This document shows, piece after piece, positions 10,480 to 18,586 of a stretch of DNA of 64,000 bases (position 1 is its first letter; every line of letters starts with the position of its first letter). The notes under the pieces were generated by a model, which saw only the letters and a program-made list of their open reading frames with translations, had not been told where the DNA came from and made no database searches. Both the position numbers and the translations under genes were made by a program. This DNA is from a virus (Duplodnaviria; Heunggongvirae; Uroviricota; Caudoviricetes): the IMG/VR virus record IMGVR_UViG_3300018489_000278. One strand, written 5' to 3'.

Positions 10480-11196
10480 ATGAATAATAATAACGATAAT
10501 AACAACAAATTAGGAGATTTTTTGGCTTATTTGAATGCAAATTATAATAAAATAACGAGCGAGAGGGATATGTTTTTGCGTGAAAGATGCGATGGTCCGT
10601 TAGTAAAAAGCGCTATTAATCTTTTAGTTGCTCCACCCAATGCACATAAAAGTACGGTTGCTTTTTTAATAGCATATAGTGGGCTTGTAAATAAGGAATT
10701 TAATAATGTTTTTTACTTTGATTTTAACAATTCCCCTAGTTTTTACCAGGGTCGCTATTGGGCATACAGAGAACAAGACCGGTTGTTTTATCTTACAGAA
10801 TATGATATGAATAAATTTTTTAATGATATCGATTGGTTGGCGAATAAAACACCAAGAGAAAAAGTGGTGAGTCTGATGAAAACAATGTCAGAGGATCAAT
10901 TTGGCGATCATTCGTATTTAATAGTTTTAGATGAAGTAGAGCAGTTTATTACTTATTTCAATTTTAATGAACTGCAAGACATGTATTCTTATTTACGATC
11001 AATAAGCTTTTTAAGAGGCACTGTGTTATTAATAGAGCATACATTGTTTCATGAACAAAATATAGAATTTAACGATATAGTTCTTAATTTTTTCTATAAT
11101 AGTGCAGATGTAGTTTTTTCTATCAAGGAGCAAAAAATCTGTAATAATGATGGAGCTATTAATGTTGAATTAGCATGCGAAAAACTAAATTATTGA
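10480..11196 (+). CDS. Putative P-loop NTPase-like protein with degenerate Walker A
   Basis: VAPPNAHKST (Walker A-like with H in place of G) and YLIVLDEVEQF (Walker B-like); asparagine-rich N-terminus. Confidence 0.3.
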   Translation: MNNNNDNNNKLGDFLAYLNANYNKITSERDMFLRERCDGPLVKSAINLLVAPPNAHKSTVAFLIAYSGLVNKEFNNVFYFDFNNSPSFYQGRYWAYREQDRLFYLTEYDMNKFFNDIDWLANKTPREKVVSLMKTMSEDQFGDHSYLIVLDEVEQFITYFNFNELQDMYSYLRSISFLRGTVLLIEHTLFHEQNIEFNDIVLNFFYNSADVVFSIKEQKICNNDGAINVELACEKLNY

Positions 11197-11285
11197 AGGA
11201 ACCTGAGAAACGCACAATAGAGATACCATTAAAATGAATTATAGTTTTTTTGCACAGTGTGCGAAAGATTTGGTGGCAAGATACT

Positions 11286-11405
11286 ATGTTGAAGACGATT
11301 TCTTTATTTTCTGGTGCAGGTGGGTTAGATATTGGCTTTATGCTGGCAGGATATGATATTATTTGTGTGAATGATATTAATCCTATTCTCTTCCTACTTC
11401 ATTAA
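11286..11405 (+). pseudogene. Relic of a DNA cytosine-5 methyltransferase (first ~38 aa only)
   Basis: MLKTISLFSGAGGLDIGFMLAGYDIICVNDINP is the C5-MTase motif I (FxGxGG) and start of motif II, then a stop; no remainder downstream. Confidence 0.45.
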
Positions 11406-11454
11406 ATAGAACATAGTCAAATCGTATTGAGATATAATGGCTAATAGGTAGTAG

Positions 11455-11489
11455 AAGTATTGTGTTTTATGTTATTATATGTTATAATA
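11455..11489 (+). promoter_or_regulatory. Putative promoter with extended -10 (tgtTATAAT, 11480-11488)
   Basis: TGnTATAAT about 20 nt upstream of the 11508 start, in an AT-rich intergenic region. Confidence 0.3.
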
Positions 11490-11507
11490 GAAATGGAGGT
11501 AAAATAG

Positions 11508-11681
11508 ATGGTAACAATAGGTAATAAAAAGTTTTATGAAGTTGAAGAGGTTCAAAAGATGTTCAACATTAAGAATCCAAGAACTATCTATCATTGGATA
11601 AAAGAAGGTAGAATAAAAGCGCAGAAAATTACCAAAAGATGGTATATACCTGAAGAAGAAGTGAAGAAGTTATTGTCTTGA
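11508..11681 (+). CDS. Excisionase/MerR-type helix-turn-helix DNA-binding protein (57 aa)
   Basis: KFYEVEEVQKMFNIKNPRTIYHWIKEGRIKAQKITKRWYIPEEEV matches the Xis/HTH_17 pattern; strong RBS ggaggt. Confidence 0.5.
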   Translation: MVTIGNKKFYEVEEVQKMFNIKNPRTIYHWIKEGRIKAQKITKRWYIPEEEVKKLLS

Positions 11682-11693
11682 GCGGAGAGAATA

Positions 11694-12218
11694 ATGACAA
11701 AAGAGATTGAAGAAACTATAACTACTCTTACGGAGCATCTTAATGAGTTAACATCACAAATTGTAAATGATATTGTTAAGGTTTATAAAATGAATGGTTT
11801 GTCTGATAACGAAGTAAAAAGAGAGATTATTGAGAAGTATGCGGTCACGCTTTGTGATGTCAAAGACATAGAAGCATATTTAGAGAAGCTAAAAGGCGTA
11901 TTCGATGATACAGAGACTATGCAAGGCCACGAGGATAAAGAACAAACGAAAAGAATAGATGAAGAAGATTTTATTTTTGTTGACAAACCACATAAGAGAG
12001 CGTCGTCTTTTATATCAGATAAAGATATTAAGAACATCGTTATAGACATATTGAACACGCAAGGTGAGATGAATCAAAGAGATCTTGTTATATCCGTGAA
12101 GAAAAGAATACCTACTGGTGCATTAAGAATTATGTCTATACTCGATAAAATGGCTTCTGCGCGTGAAGTTTCTATCAAAAGAGGAAATACGAATGCGAAA
12201 GTATATTTTTTGTCTTGA
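11694..12218 (+). CDS. Hypothetical protein (174 aa)
   Basis: Intact ORF; no motif recognised. Confidence 0.3.
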   Translation: MTKEIEETITTLTEHLNELTSQIVNDIVKVYKMNGLSDNEVKREIIEKYAVTLCDVKDIEAYLEKLKGVFDDTETMQGHEDKEQTKRIDEEDFIFVDKPHKRASSFISDKDIKNIVIDILNTQGEMNQRDLVISVKKRIPTGALRIMSILDKMASAREVSIKRGNTNAKVYFLS

Positions 12219-12299
12219 GAAAAGATGGTATTTGATGGATAAAGGTGGTAATTTTTGATTATTGTTTTCTGTTATAATATAGTTAGATAAGGAATAATA

Positions 12300-12938
12300 A
12301 TGAACAAGATAGATAAGGTAAACGCTACATTTGAGCAATTGATAAAGCAAATGGACGATATAAGAATAGCTCTTAATTTAGCTGTTGAAAATAATAGACA
12401 GAAGATTAATGATGAAAAAATAGAGAAGCTTGTGCGTAAAACGCATCGTATACAAATATTTGAACAAGAAGTACAAGCAGTTTTAGATGAGTGGAAAGAT
12501 ATTGTTAATAATTTGAATATTTTAGAGTTTATTCCTGACGATGACGAGCAAGAAGTAATAGAGATACATGGTGGTGCGACCAATAAAGGGGTTGTTAATG
12601 CAGAAGATTCGTTACCAGTTAATATTGATTCTTCTCTTCTTGTTTATGTAGATGCAATTTTAAGTATTGTTTTGCGTATCGGAGGTAATGTGAGTATTGG
12701 TAGTATTGTGGAAGAAATATATCAACAAGTAGATGCTGGCACAATTCCTTTTAGTATAGGTGAATCTAGGTTAAGGTGGTCAGATGCAATAAATTTGGCT
12801 ATTGATTCAATGTCTAAAAGCGGGCTTGTGAATTACAATAACAAGAAAGGCATTTGTACTGTTACAGAGAAAGGTATTTTATACTTTAATAAAATGCATG
12901 CGCATAACAACGCGCAAGAAGGAGGTAAAAATGGATAA
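12300..12938 (+). CDS. Protein with coiled-coil N-terminus and Mrr_N-like winged-helix C-terminus
   Basis: C-terminal SIGESRLRWSDAINLAIDSMSKSGLVNY..KGICTVTEKG resembles the Mrr N-terminal winged-helix domain. Confidence 0.35.
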   Translation: MNKIDKVNATFEQLIKQMDDIRIALNLAVENNRQKINDEKIEKLVRKTHRIQIFEQEVQAVLDEWKDIVNNLNILEFIPDDDEQEVIEIHGGATNKGVVNAEDSLPVNIDSSLLVYVDAILSIVLRIGGNVSIGSIVEEIYQQVDAGTIPFSIGESRLRWSDAINLAIDSMSKSGLVNYNNKKGICTVTEKGILYFNKMHAHNNAQEGGKNG

Positions 12939-13185
12939 TCATGTTGACGACAAAAGCGTAGAGTTGGATATTAAAACAGAAATGCAAAACATTGAAGACT
13001 TTATTAAAGAAGTTGATAAAGAAGGTGTTCATACGATAGATTCTGCTGAATTTAAAGGTATATTAGAAGGTATGTATATAATATTGGATTCATTTTTAGA
13101 ATACATAAAAGAAGGCACTTTCGACATCCATAGGAACTCTGATATTGTGGTTTCAGTGATTTCTGTATTGAGAGGGAGGTTTTAA
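12898..13185 (+). CDS. Hypothetical protein (95 aa)
   Basis: ORF with RBS, overlaps the upstream gene's stop. Confidence 0.25.
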   Translation: MRITTRKKEVKMDNHVDDKSVELDIKTEMQNIEDFIKEVDKEGVHTIDSAEFKGILEGMYIILDSFLEYIKEGTFDIHRNSDIVVSVISVLRGRF

Positions 13186-13368
13186 GTATGTCGAGTGGCA
13201 AATTATTTCGCGTTAAACATAAAGAGTGGAAGCATGAAACAAAGAATACTAATGTTAGGCATATGCAACACAGAGGAACTCAATCAGAATTTAGAAGAAA
13301 GATTAGAGAGGATACATTAAAAGCATTGGAAGAGTACCACGATGATATAAGAGAAGAGGAGAGGTAAT

Positions 13369-13659
13369 ATGAAAGAGAAAATAGCCTTAGACGATGTGAG
13401 AATAGAAAGTTTGTCCGAAGATCTTAAAAAAGGTTTTCCCAAAATCGATAAGTTGTATATTGCTAAAGAGCATTATATTCTTGTAGATTTTGTGAACAAA
13501 GATTATGATATCGATACATTATTAGATTTGAGATCTCTAATTGATAAATTATGGCCTGATACAAAAATAGAAATTCTCGTAAAAGATTTTATTGATAACG
13601 AAATTCTTGAAGATTTGATGTCTGATTCTGTGTGTGTATTTGATAGAGACAAGAAATGA
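13369..13659 (+). CDS. Small protein upstream of HepT; possible divergent MntA-like antitoxin partner
   Basis: 96 aa, contains a DYDID acidic cluster but no canonical GSxxRG nucleotidyltransferase motif; assignment rests on position upstream of HepT. Confidence 0.25.
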   Translation: MKEKIALDDVRIESLSEDLKKGFPKIDKLYIAKEHYILVDFVNKDYDIDTLLDLRSLIDKLWPDTKIEILVKDFIDNEILEDLMSDSVCVFDRDKK

Positions 13660-13755
13660 TTTTAATAATAGATGATGTTCATGTGTATAATAGAGTAGGT
13701 GTTGCATTAAAAAAATATTAAATAGTAATAAAGGTGAAAGCGGAGGTGAAGAGAA

Positions 13756-14157
13756 ATGACGAATTTGGATCACAGGTTATTAGTAGAAATAGACAATGAC
13801 ATACAATTTATTAGGGTAGCGAGAAGTAGTAACGGTTTTGGCAACCTTAAAAGAGATGTTCAGCTAAGATATGCCATCTTGAAAGCATTGGAAAACATAG
13901 GAGAAGCGACAAATAAACTCTCGCCACAATTTAAAAAAGAATACAGAAACGGTAGAATTGATTTTGACCGCTACAAGATGGAAAGAAACTATATTGTTCA
14001 TCAGTACTACGATACAGCTTCTGACGATTATCTTATTTTTCTGTGGAACAAATACATACCTAACGAGATATACAAACTTGGAAATTTTGTAAGTGATATT
14101 CTTACACCTATGAGAAAACAAGGTATTAGAGATGGAGAGTTAGAGTATGATCGTTAA
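13756..14157 (+). CDS. HepT-like HEPN-domain toxin (DUF86)
   Basis: RNYIVHQY fits the HEPN Rx4HxY motif; 133 aa, size and position typical of HepT. Confidence 0.5.
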   Translation: MTNLDHRLLVEIDNDIQFIRVARSSNGFGNLKRDVQLRYAILKALENIGEATNKLSPQFKKEYRNGRIDFDRYKMERNYIVHQYYDTASDDYLIFLWNKYIPNEIYKLGNFVSDILTPMRKQGIRDGELEYDR

Positions 14158-14207
14158 ACATTGTATAGTTAATGAGACAGTTTTTGATAAAAACTGTTTA
14201 GTGGGAG

Positions 14208-14654
14208 GTGTATATGAGTAAGTATACGTTATACACAGACGGTGCTTCGAGAGGAAACCCTGGCAAATCCGCTATTGCATATGTTATCGTAAGAGACGAC
14301 GAACATGTCGAAGCGTTTCATGCAGAATACATTGGTGATAAAATTACAAACAATACAGCAGAATACATGGCAATTATTAAAGGTTTAGAAGAATGTGAAA
14401 GAAAGGGTATCAAAGATGTAGAAATTGTATCTGATTCTAAAGTTGTCATTTCACAATTAAAAGGTGAATATAAAGTATACGAGCAACATTTGAAAGTTTT
14501 GTACGAACAAGTCAAGAATATAGCAAAAAGTTTTCGTAGTGTTTCTTGCACGCATACAACAAGAGACAATTATTTCATACAAATGGCAGATAGTTTGTGC
14601 AATGAAGTATTAGATGAGGTGGGTAAAGCAATAGATGGTGGGATCGAGAAATAG
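14208..14654 (+). CDS. rnhA: Ribonuclease H (RNase HI-like)
   Basis: YTDGASRGNPG and NNTAEYMAIIKGLE are the catalytic D/E motifs of RNase H. Confidence 0.75.
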   Translation: MYMSKYTLYTDGASRGNPGKSAIAYVIVRDDEHVEAFHAEYIGDKITNNTAEYMAIIKGLEECERKGIKDVEIVSDSKVVISQLKGEYKVYEQHLKVLYEQVKNIAKSFRSVSCTHTTRDNYFIQMADSLCNEVLDEVGKAIDGGIEK

Positions 14655-15132
14655 AAGAGCTTTTACTTTGATAGAAGAGCTTATTATTATCGCTATTATT
14701 TCTATTTTGTTGTTTGCTGTTATTATAAGGCCTTCAGATATACTCTCTTTTGCTAAAGTAAGAACTTGGCAAGCAGAGATGGAAACACTGAAAAAAGCAT
14801 TGATGTCTTATTCTGCAAGCGTAGGAAGTGGTAGCTATCCAACTCTTTCAGGCGTAAAAGAGCTAAACGAGTGGCTGTCATCGAATGGTGTGTCTAGATA
14901 CATAGACGAAAAGATTGTTAATCCTTTTCACGCTAAAGCAACTATCAATATGGGTGCAACAAACGATCCTCAACCTCTAAACGATCTACCGGAAGGTAGT
15001 AATGCTAATTTGTGGATTGGTTACATAGTATCAGATGTAACAATAGGCGGAGAGACTGTTCCAAGAGGTCAATTCACTATCTACTATAAGATTAACGATA
15101 CTGTTTATTCTTTGTCAAATATAGGAGGATGA
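14635..15132 (+). CDS. Prepilin-like protein (type IV pilin/pseudopilin N-terminus)
   Basis: N-terminus RAFTLIEELIIIAIISILLFAVII resembles a class III signal peptide/methylation motif. Confidence 0.45.
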   Translation: MVGSRNRRAFTLIEELIIIAIISILLFAVIIRPSDILSFAKVRTWQAEMETLKKALMSYSASVGSGSYPTLSGVKELNEWLSSNGVSRYIDEKIVNPFHAKATINMGATNDPQPLNDLPEGSNANLWIGYIVSDVTIGGETVPRGQFTIYYKINDTVYSLSNIGG

Positions 15133-15133
15133 T

Positions 15134-15820
15134 GTGAGGATCGGAGGTTTTCAACCTTTTTCTGTTATAGATTATCCAGATAAAACATGCGCTATTATTT
15201 TTAGTGCTGGTTGTAATCTCCGGTGTCCTTTTTGTCATAACAGAGAACTTGTTTTGCCTGATGAGTATCCGGAGGAAGTTGATTTTAATGATATATTGGC
15301 GAAGTTAGATAGACGAAGAGGTCTTATAGATGCAGTCGAGTTTACAGGTGGAGAGCCACTTATACACAACGATATATTAGATCACATAAAAACAGTTAAA
15401 CGAATGGGTTTTTTAGTTAAGCTTGATACAAATGGTTCGCTCCCAGATGCTTTAATTAAAGTCATACCTTACGTTGATTATGTTGCTATGGACATTAAAG
15501 CTTCTTTGGATAAATATAAAGAGGCAACAAGCGTGTCTAATCTTGACTTATCTTCTATAAAAGACAGCATAGATATGATAAAAATAGCTGGTAAAGACTA
15601 TGAATTTAGAACCACGCTTATGAAAAACTTTGTAGAGAACGATGAGGATATTATACAAATAGGTAATTTGATTAGAGATGCAAAACATTACTACATTCAA
15701 AGGCCACAGGCACAGAATATGTTAGATCCTAATTTTATGATTAAAGTATTTTCTGACGATGAGACAAAACATTTTATAGAAGTAATGAGTAAATTTGTTC
15801 AAAAAATCAGTATAAGATAA
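15134..15820 (+). CDS. nrdG: Radical-SAM activase, most likely anaerobic ribonucleotide reductase activating protein
   Basis: CNLRCPFCHN CxxxCxxC cluster near the N-terminus, VEFTGGEPL; nrdD lies 12.5 kb downstream. Confidence 0.6.
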   Translation: MRIGGFQPFSVIDYPDKTCAIIFSAGCNLRCPFCHNRELVLPDEYPEEVDFNDILAKLDRRRGLIDAVEFTGGEPLIHNDILDHIKTVKRMGFLVKLDTNGSLPDALIKVIPYVDYVAMDIKASLDKYKEATSVSNLDLSSIKDSIDMIKIAGKDYEFRTTLMKNFVENDEDIIQIGNLIRDAKHYYIQRPQAQNMLDPNFMIKVFSDDETKHFIEVMSKFVQKISIR

Positions 15821-15836
15821 AAGAGGTGGGGTAAGG

Positions 15837-16445
15837 ATGTTATTTGAAGACATAGTAATTTTAGACGAAATAAGAGATGAACTCTTTCCTTTACAAGACG
15901 AAGAGAAGCGTCTTTTAGAAGAATCTATACTTAAAGAGGGAATAAGAGAACCTTTAATAGTATGGATTCCACAAGAAGGTCCATATAAAGGTAAAAAGAT
16001 ACTCGTTGATGGGCATAACAGATTGGATGTAGCTAAAAGACATAATTTGAAATTTAAAATTACCATTAAGCAGTTTTCTGATTTAGAAGAGGTACTAAGT
16101 TGGGTTGTAAGGAATCAGTTAGGTAGAAGAAATCTTACAGACGAGCAAAAAAGATACCTATATGGGAAGTTATACAATTTGCAAAAGAAAAGTTATGGCG
16201 ACCCTAACAGATTCTCTGCAAGTGATCAAATTGATCACATGGAAGACACTCCGTCTGGCTTGCAAAAAGAAACTCCACGAGAGAATAATAAACCAAGAAC
16301 ATCAGATAAAATTGCAGAATCAACAGAATATACAGGAGCTACAATAAGAAGGTATGGTGCATTTGCAGAAGCAGTGGACCATGTTAAAAGGTATCACCAA
16401 CTGTGGCATACAAGATACTTAATGGAGAAGTTAAAGATGCACTAA
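15837..16445 (+). CDS. ParB/Srx-like nuclease domain protein, possibly the N-terminal part of a ParB-MTase fusion
   Basis: ILVDGHNRLDVAKRHN ParB N-domain motif; its 3' end overlaps the next MTase ORF by 43 nt in another frame. Confidence 0.5.
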   Translation: MLFEDIVILDEIRDELFPLQDEEKRLLEESILKEGIREPLIVWIPQEGPYKGKKILVDGHNRLDVAKRHNLKFKITIKQFSDLEEVLSWVVRNQLGRRNLTDEQKRYLYGKLYNLQKKSYGDPNRFSASDQIDHMEDTPSGLQKETPRENNKPRTSDKIAESTEYTGATIRRYGAFAEAVDHVKRYHQLWHTRYLMEKLKMH

Positions 16446-17227
16446 CGACATTGCCTTCTTTTACTAAGAAAGCACCTGAAGAAGTATTACCTGATGTCGT
16501 TAAGAAGATAGAAGAGGGAGAAAAGAGTATAAAGAGTGCGCTTAAAAAAGTTGTTAGAGAAAAAGAAATAGAAGAAGCTGATAAAGTTGTTTTACCGCCA
16601 GTTATAGATATACGCTTTGGTGATTTCAAGGAAGTTCTCCAAGATGTAGAGCATGTAGATGTTATTATTACAGATCCCCCATATAGGCAAGAAGAGATAA
16701 ATTCTTGGGATGCATTAGGTAAATTTGCACAAGAGAAACTTAATGACGGAGGATATTTGATAGCTTATTCAGGTCAGTCTCATCTTTTTGAAGTGCAGTC
16801 TATTCTGTCAAAGTATTTAGATTATGTTTGGGTATTTTGCTTGTATTTTAACGGAGGACCTACTCAAATAGTTGGTGGTGTAAATGTAGTATGTAATTGG
16901 AAGCCTATTCTTGTTTTCGGTAAGAATATTAAAAAGTTTGAGAAACCTACTTCTGATGTAGTATTGTCTAATAGAAGAGAGAAAGATCTTTACGATCATC
17001 AACAAAATTTAGATGCAGTTAAGCAGTTAGTTGAAACTTTTTCGAAGCCTGGTGATATTGTATGCGATCCGTTTGTGGGATCTGGCACGACAGCTATTGC
17101 ATGCAAGTTAACCAATAGACAATTCGTCGGCGCAGAAATTAACGAAGAAACTTATAAATTAGCAGTAGTAAGACTCTCTAAGGAGCAAGAGCAACATGAC
17201 GAGACGGGAGAAAACGGGCAAGCGTGA
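16403..17227 (+). CDS. Beta-class DNA methyltransferase (N6-adenine or N4-cytosine), orphan
   Basis: VIITDPPYRQ (motif IV) precedes DPFVGSGTTAIA (motif I); no adjacent endonuclease. Confidence 0.7.
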   Translation: MAYKILNGEVKDALTTLPSFTKKAPEEVLPDVVKKIEEGEKSIKSALKKVVREKEIEEADKVVLPPVIDIRFGDFKEVLQDVEHVDVIITDPPYRQEEINSWDALGKFAQEKLNDGGYLIAYSGQSHLFEVQSILSKYLDYVWVFCLYFNGGPTQIVGGVNVVCNWKPILVFGKNIKKFEKPTSDVVLSNRREKDLYDHQQNLDAVKQLVETFSKPGDIVCDPFVGSGTTAIACKLTNRQFVGAEINEETYKLAVVRLSKEQEQHDETGENGQA

Positions 17228-17603
17228 TTTGACTTTTAGCCAGTGGGTGAGAGATAACTTACCGGATAGTAGTACTGGTTTTAGAGTAACTGATTTAGAT
17301 TTTGTATTTTTTAATGAAGAGACAAATACGCTAATGTTGATGGAGACTAAGCAGAATGGTGCAGAAGTAAGACATTTTCAGTCTCGTTTATTCTATATAA
17401 TAGATGCTCTTCTTTCAGTTGGCTCTAAGGTAGTAATACCAGGTGTTGGAAGAATAAAATACTTAGGTTTCCATACACTTCGTTTTGAGAATAAAGGATT
17501 TGATGATGGAAAAGCTTGGTTTGACGGGAAAGAGATTACTGCAGATTTATTTAAACAAATGATAGAGGAGAAATTTCAGAAACATGATGAAAGAAGTATC
17601 TGA
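17196..17603 (+). CDS. Hypothetical protein (135 aa)
   Basis: Intact ORF overlapping the upstream stop. Confidence 0.25.
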   Translation: MTRREKTGKRDLTFSQWVRDNLPDSSTGFRVTDLDFVFFNEETNTLMLMETKQNGAEVRHFQSRLFYIIDALLSVGSKVVIPGVGRIKYLGFHTLRFENKGFDDGKAWFDGKEITADLFKQMIEEKFQKHDERSI

Positions 17604-17952
17604 TTATTTTAAAGAAGATATAACAAGTATCGCCTCTGCTTATAATAATTTCATCAAAACAAACGATGAAACAGATCTTTACGATATTGGCCCCATGGAT
17701 TATGTATCAGAGGCAGATTCGTTGGACGAAGTTTCATATTTTTGTTGGTCAGTTGGTAAAACACCGCATAGAGAGATCAGGTTTTATTTTAACGAAGACA
17801 ATAGCCTCGCCATGATAGATTACGAAGTGTATAATGGGTCGCAAAGTGAACCTATTGTTTTACATGATGGAGATGTTTATAATTTATTAGAAGCTGTTTT
17901 TATGAATGTATTTTTTGATACAGAGGTAGAAATCCAGGAAGAGGAAAGATAA
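17584..17952 (+). CDS. Hypothetical acidic protein (122 aa)
   Basis: Intact ORF overlapping the upstream stop. Confidence 0.25.
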   Translation: MMKEVSDYFKEDITSIASAYNNFIKTNDETDLYDIGPMDYVSEADSLDEVSYFCWSVGKTPHREIRFYFNEDNSLAMIDYEVYNGSQSEPIVLHDGDVYNLLEAVFMNVFFDTEVEIQEEER

Positions 17953-17955
17953 ATA

Positions 17956-18555
17956 ATGGAAAAGCTATCTTTGTCTATTTTGTTAGATTCGTTTAATTTA
18001 GTAGAAGATGGTTACACTGCATTTCATTCAATACGAGTTACTAAGTATGCTTACGCATTCGGATGTTATTTAAGACTATCGCAAGAGGACTTGAAATCTT
18101 TGGTCGTGTCTGCGTATCTTCATGACATAGGAAAAGCAGGTATTGATGACTATATTTTGTTTAAAAATGGTCCTTTATCTGATGAAGAAAAAGTGAAAGT
18201 TAAAAGTCATGTTACAGAAGGTTTTCTTATGTTAGATGATATTAAAGAGCTTAGAAGAGAAGCAGATATAGTTTTGCTACACCATGAGAGGGTCGATGGA
18301 AGCGGTTATCCATATGGCATAAAAGGTAGTCAAATCCCATATCTTGATAGGATATTGTCTATTGTCGACGTATTTGATGCAATACATTCTAGAAGGCCTT
18401 ACAAGAAAGCGTGTTGCGTAGAAGAAGTAGTTAGTTGTATGCTAAAAGAAGAGAGTTTTGATCCGTTCCTACTTAAACAGCTTATTGAGATACAAGACAA
18501 TGTAGATAAGGTATCAAAGCTGTCAATAGAAAAGATATTAGAAAGAGTTCTTTGA
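17956..18555 (+). CDS. HD-GYP domain phosphohydrolase (candidate c-di-GMP phosphodiesterase)
   Basis: YLHDIGK ... LLHHERVDGSGYPYG are the HD and HHExxDGxGYP signatures. Confidence 0.7.
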   Translation: MEKLSLSILLDSFNLVEDGYTAFHSIRVTKYAYAFGCYLRLSQEDLKSLVVSAYLHDIGKAGIDDYILFKNGPLSDEEKVKVKSHVTEGFLMLDDIKELRREADIVLLHHERVDGSGYPYGIKGSQIPYLDRILSIVDVFDAIHSRRPYKKACCVEEVVSCMLKEESFDPFLLKQLIEIQDNVDKVSKLSIEKILERVL

Positions 18556-18586
18556 TGTATAATATAAAAGATAAGGAGAGTAGAAG

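Noticed and set aside
10480-10520. Asparagine-rich N-terminus (MNNNNDNNNK) as a prion-like or functional low-complexity domain
   Set aside because: Only 9 residues. Most parsimoniously a consequence of AAT/AAC-rich AT-biased sequence.
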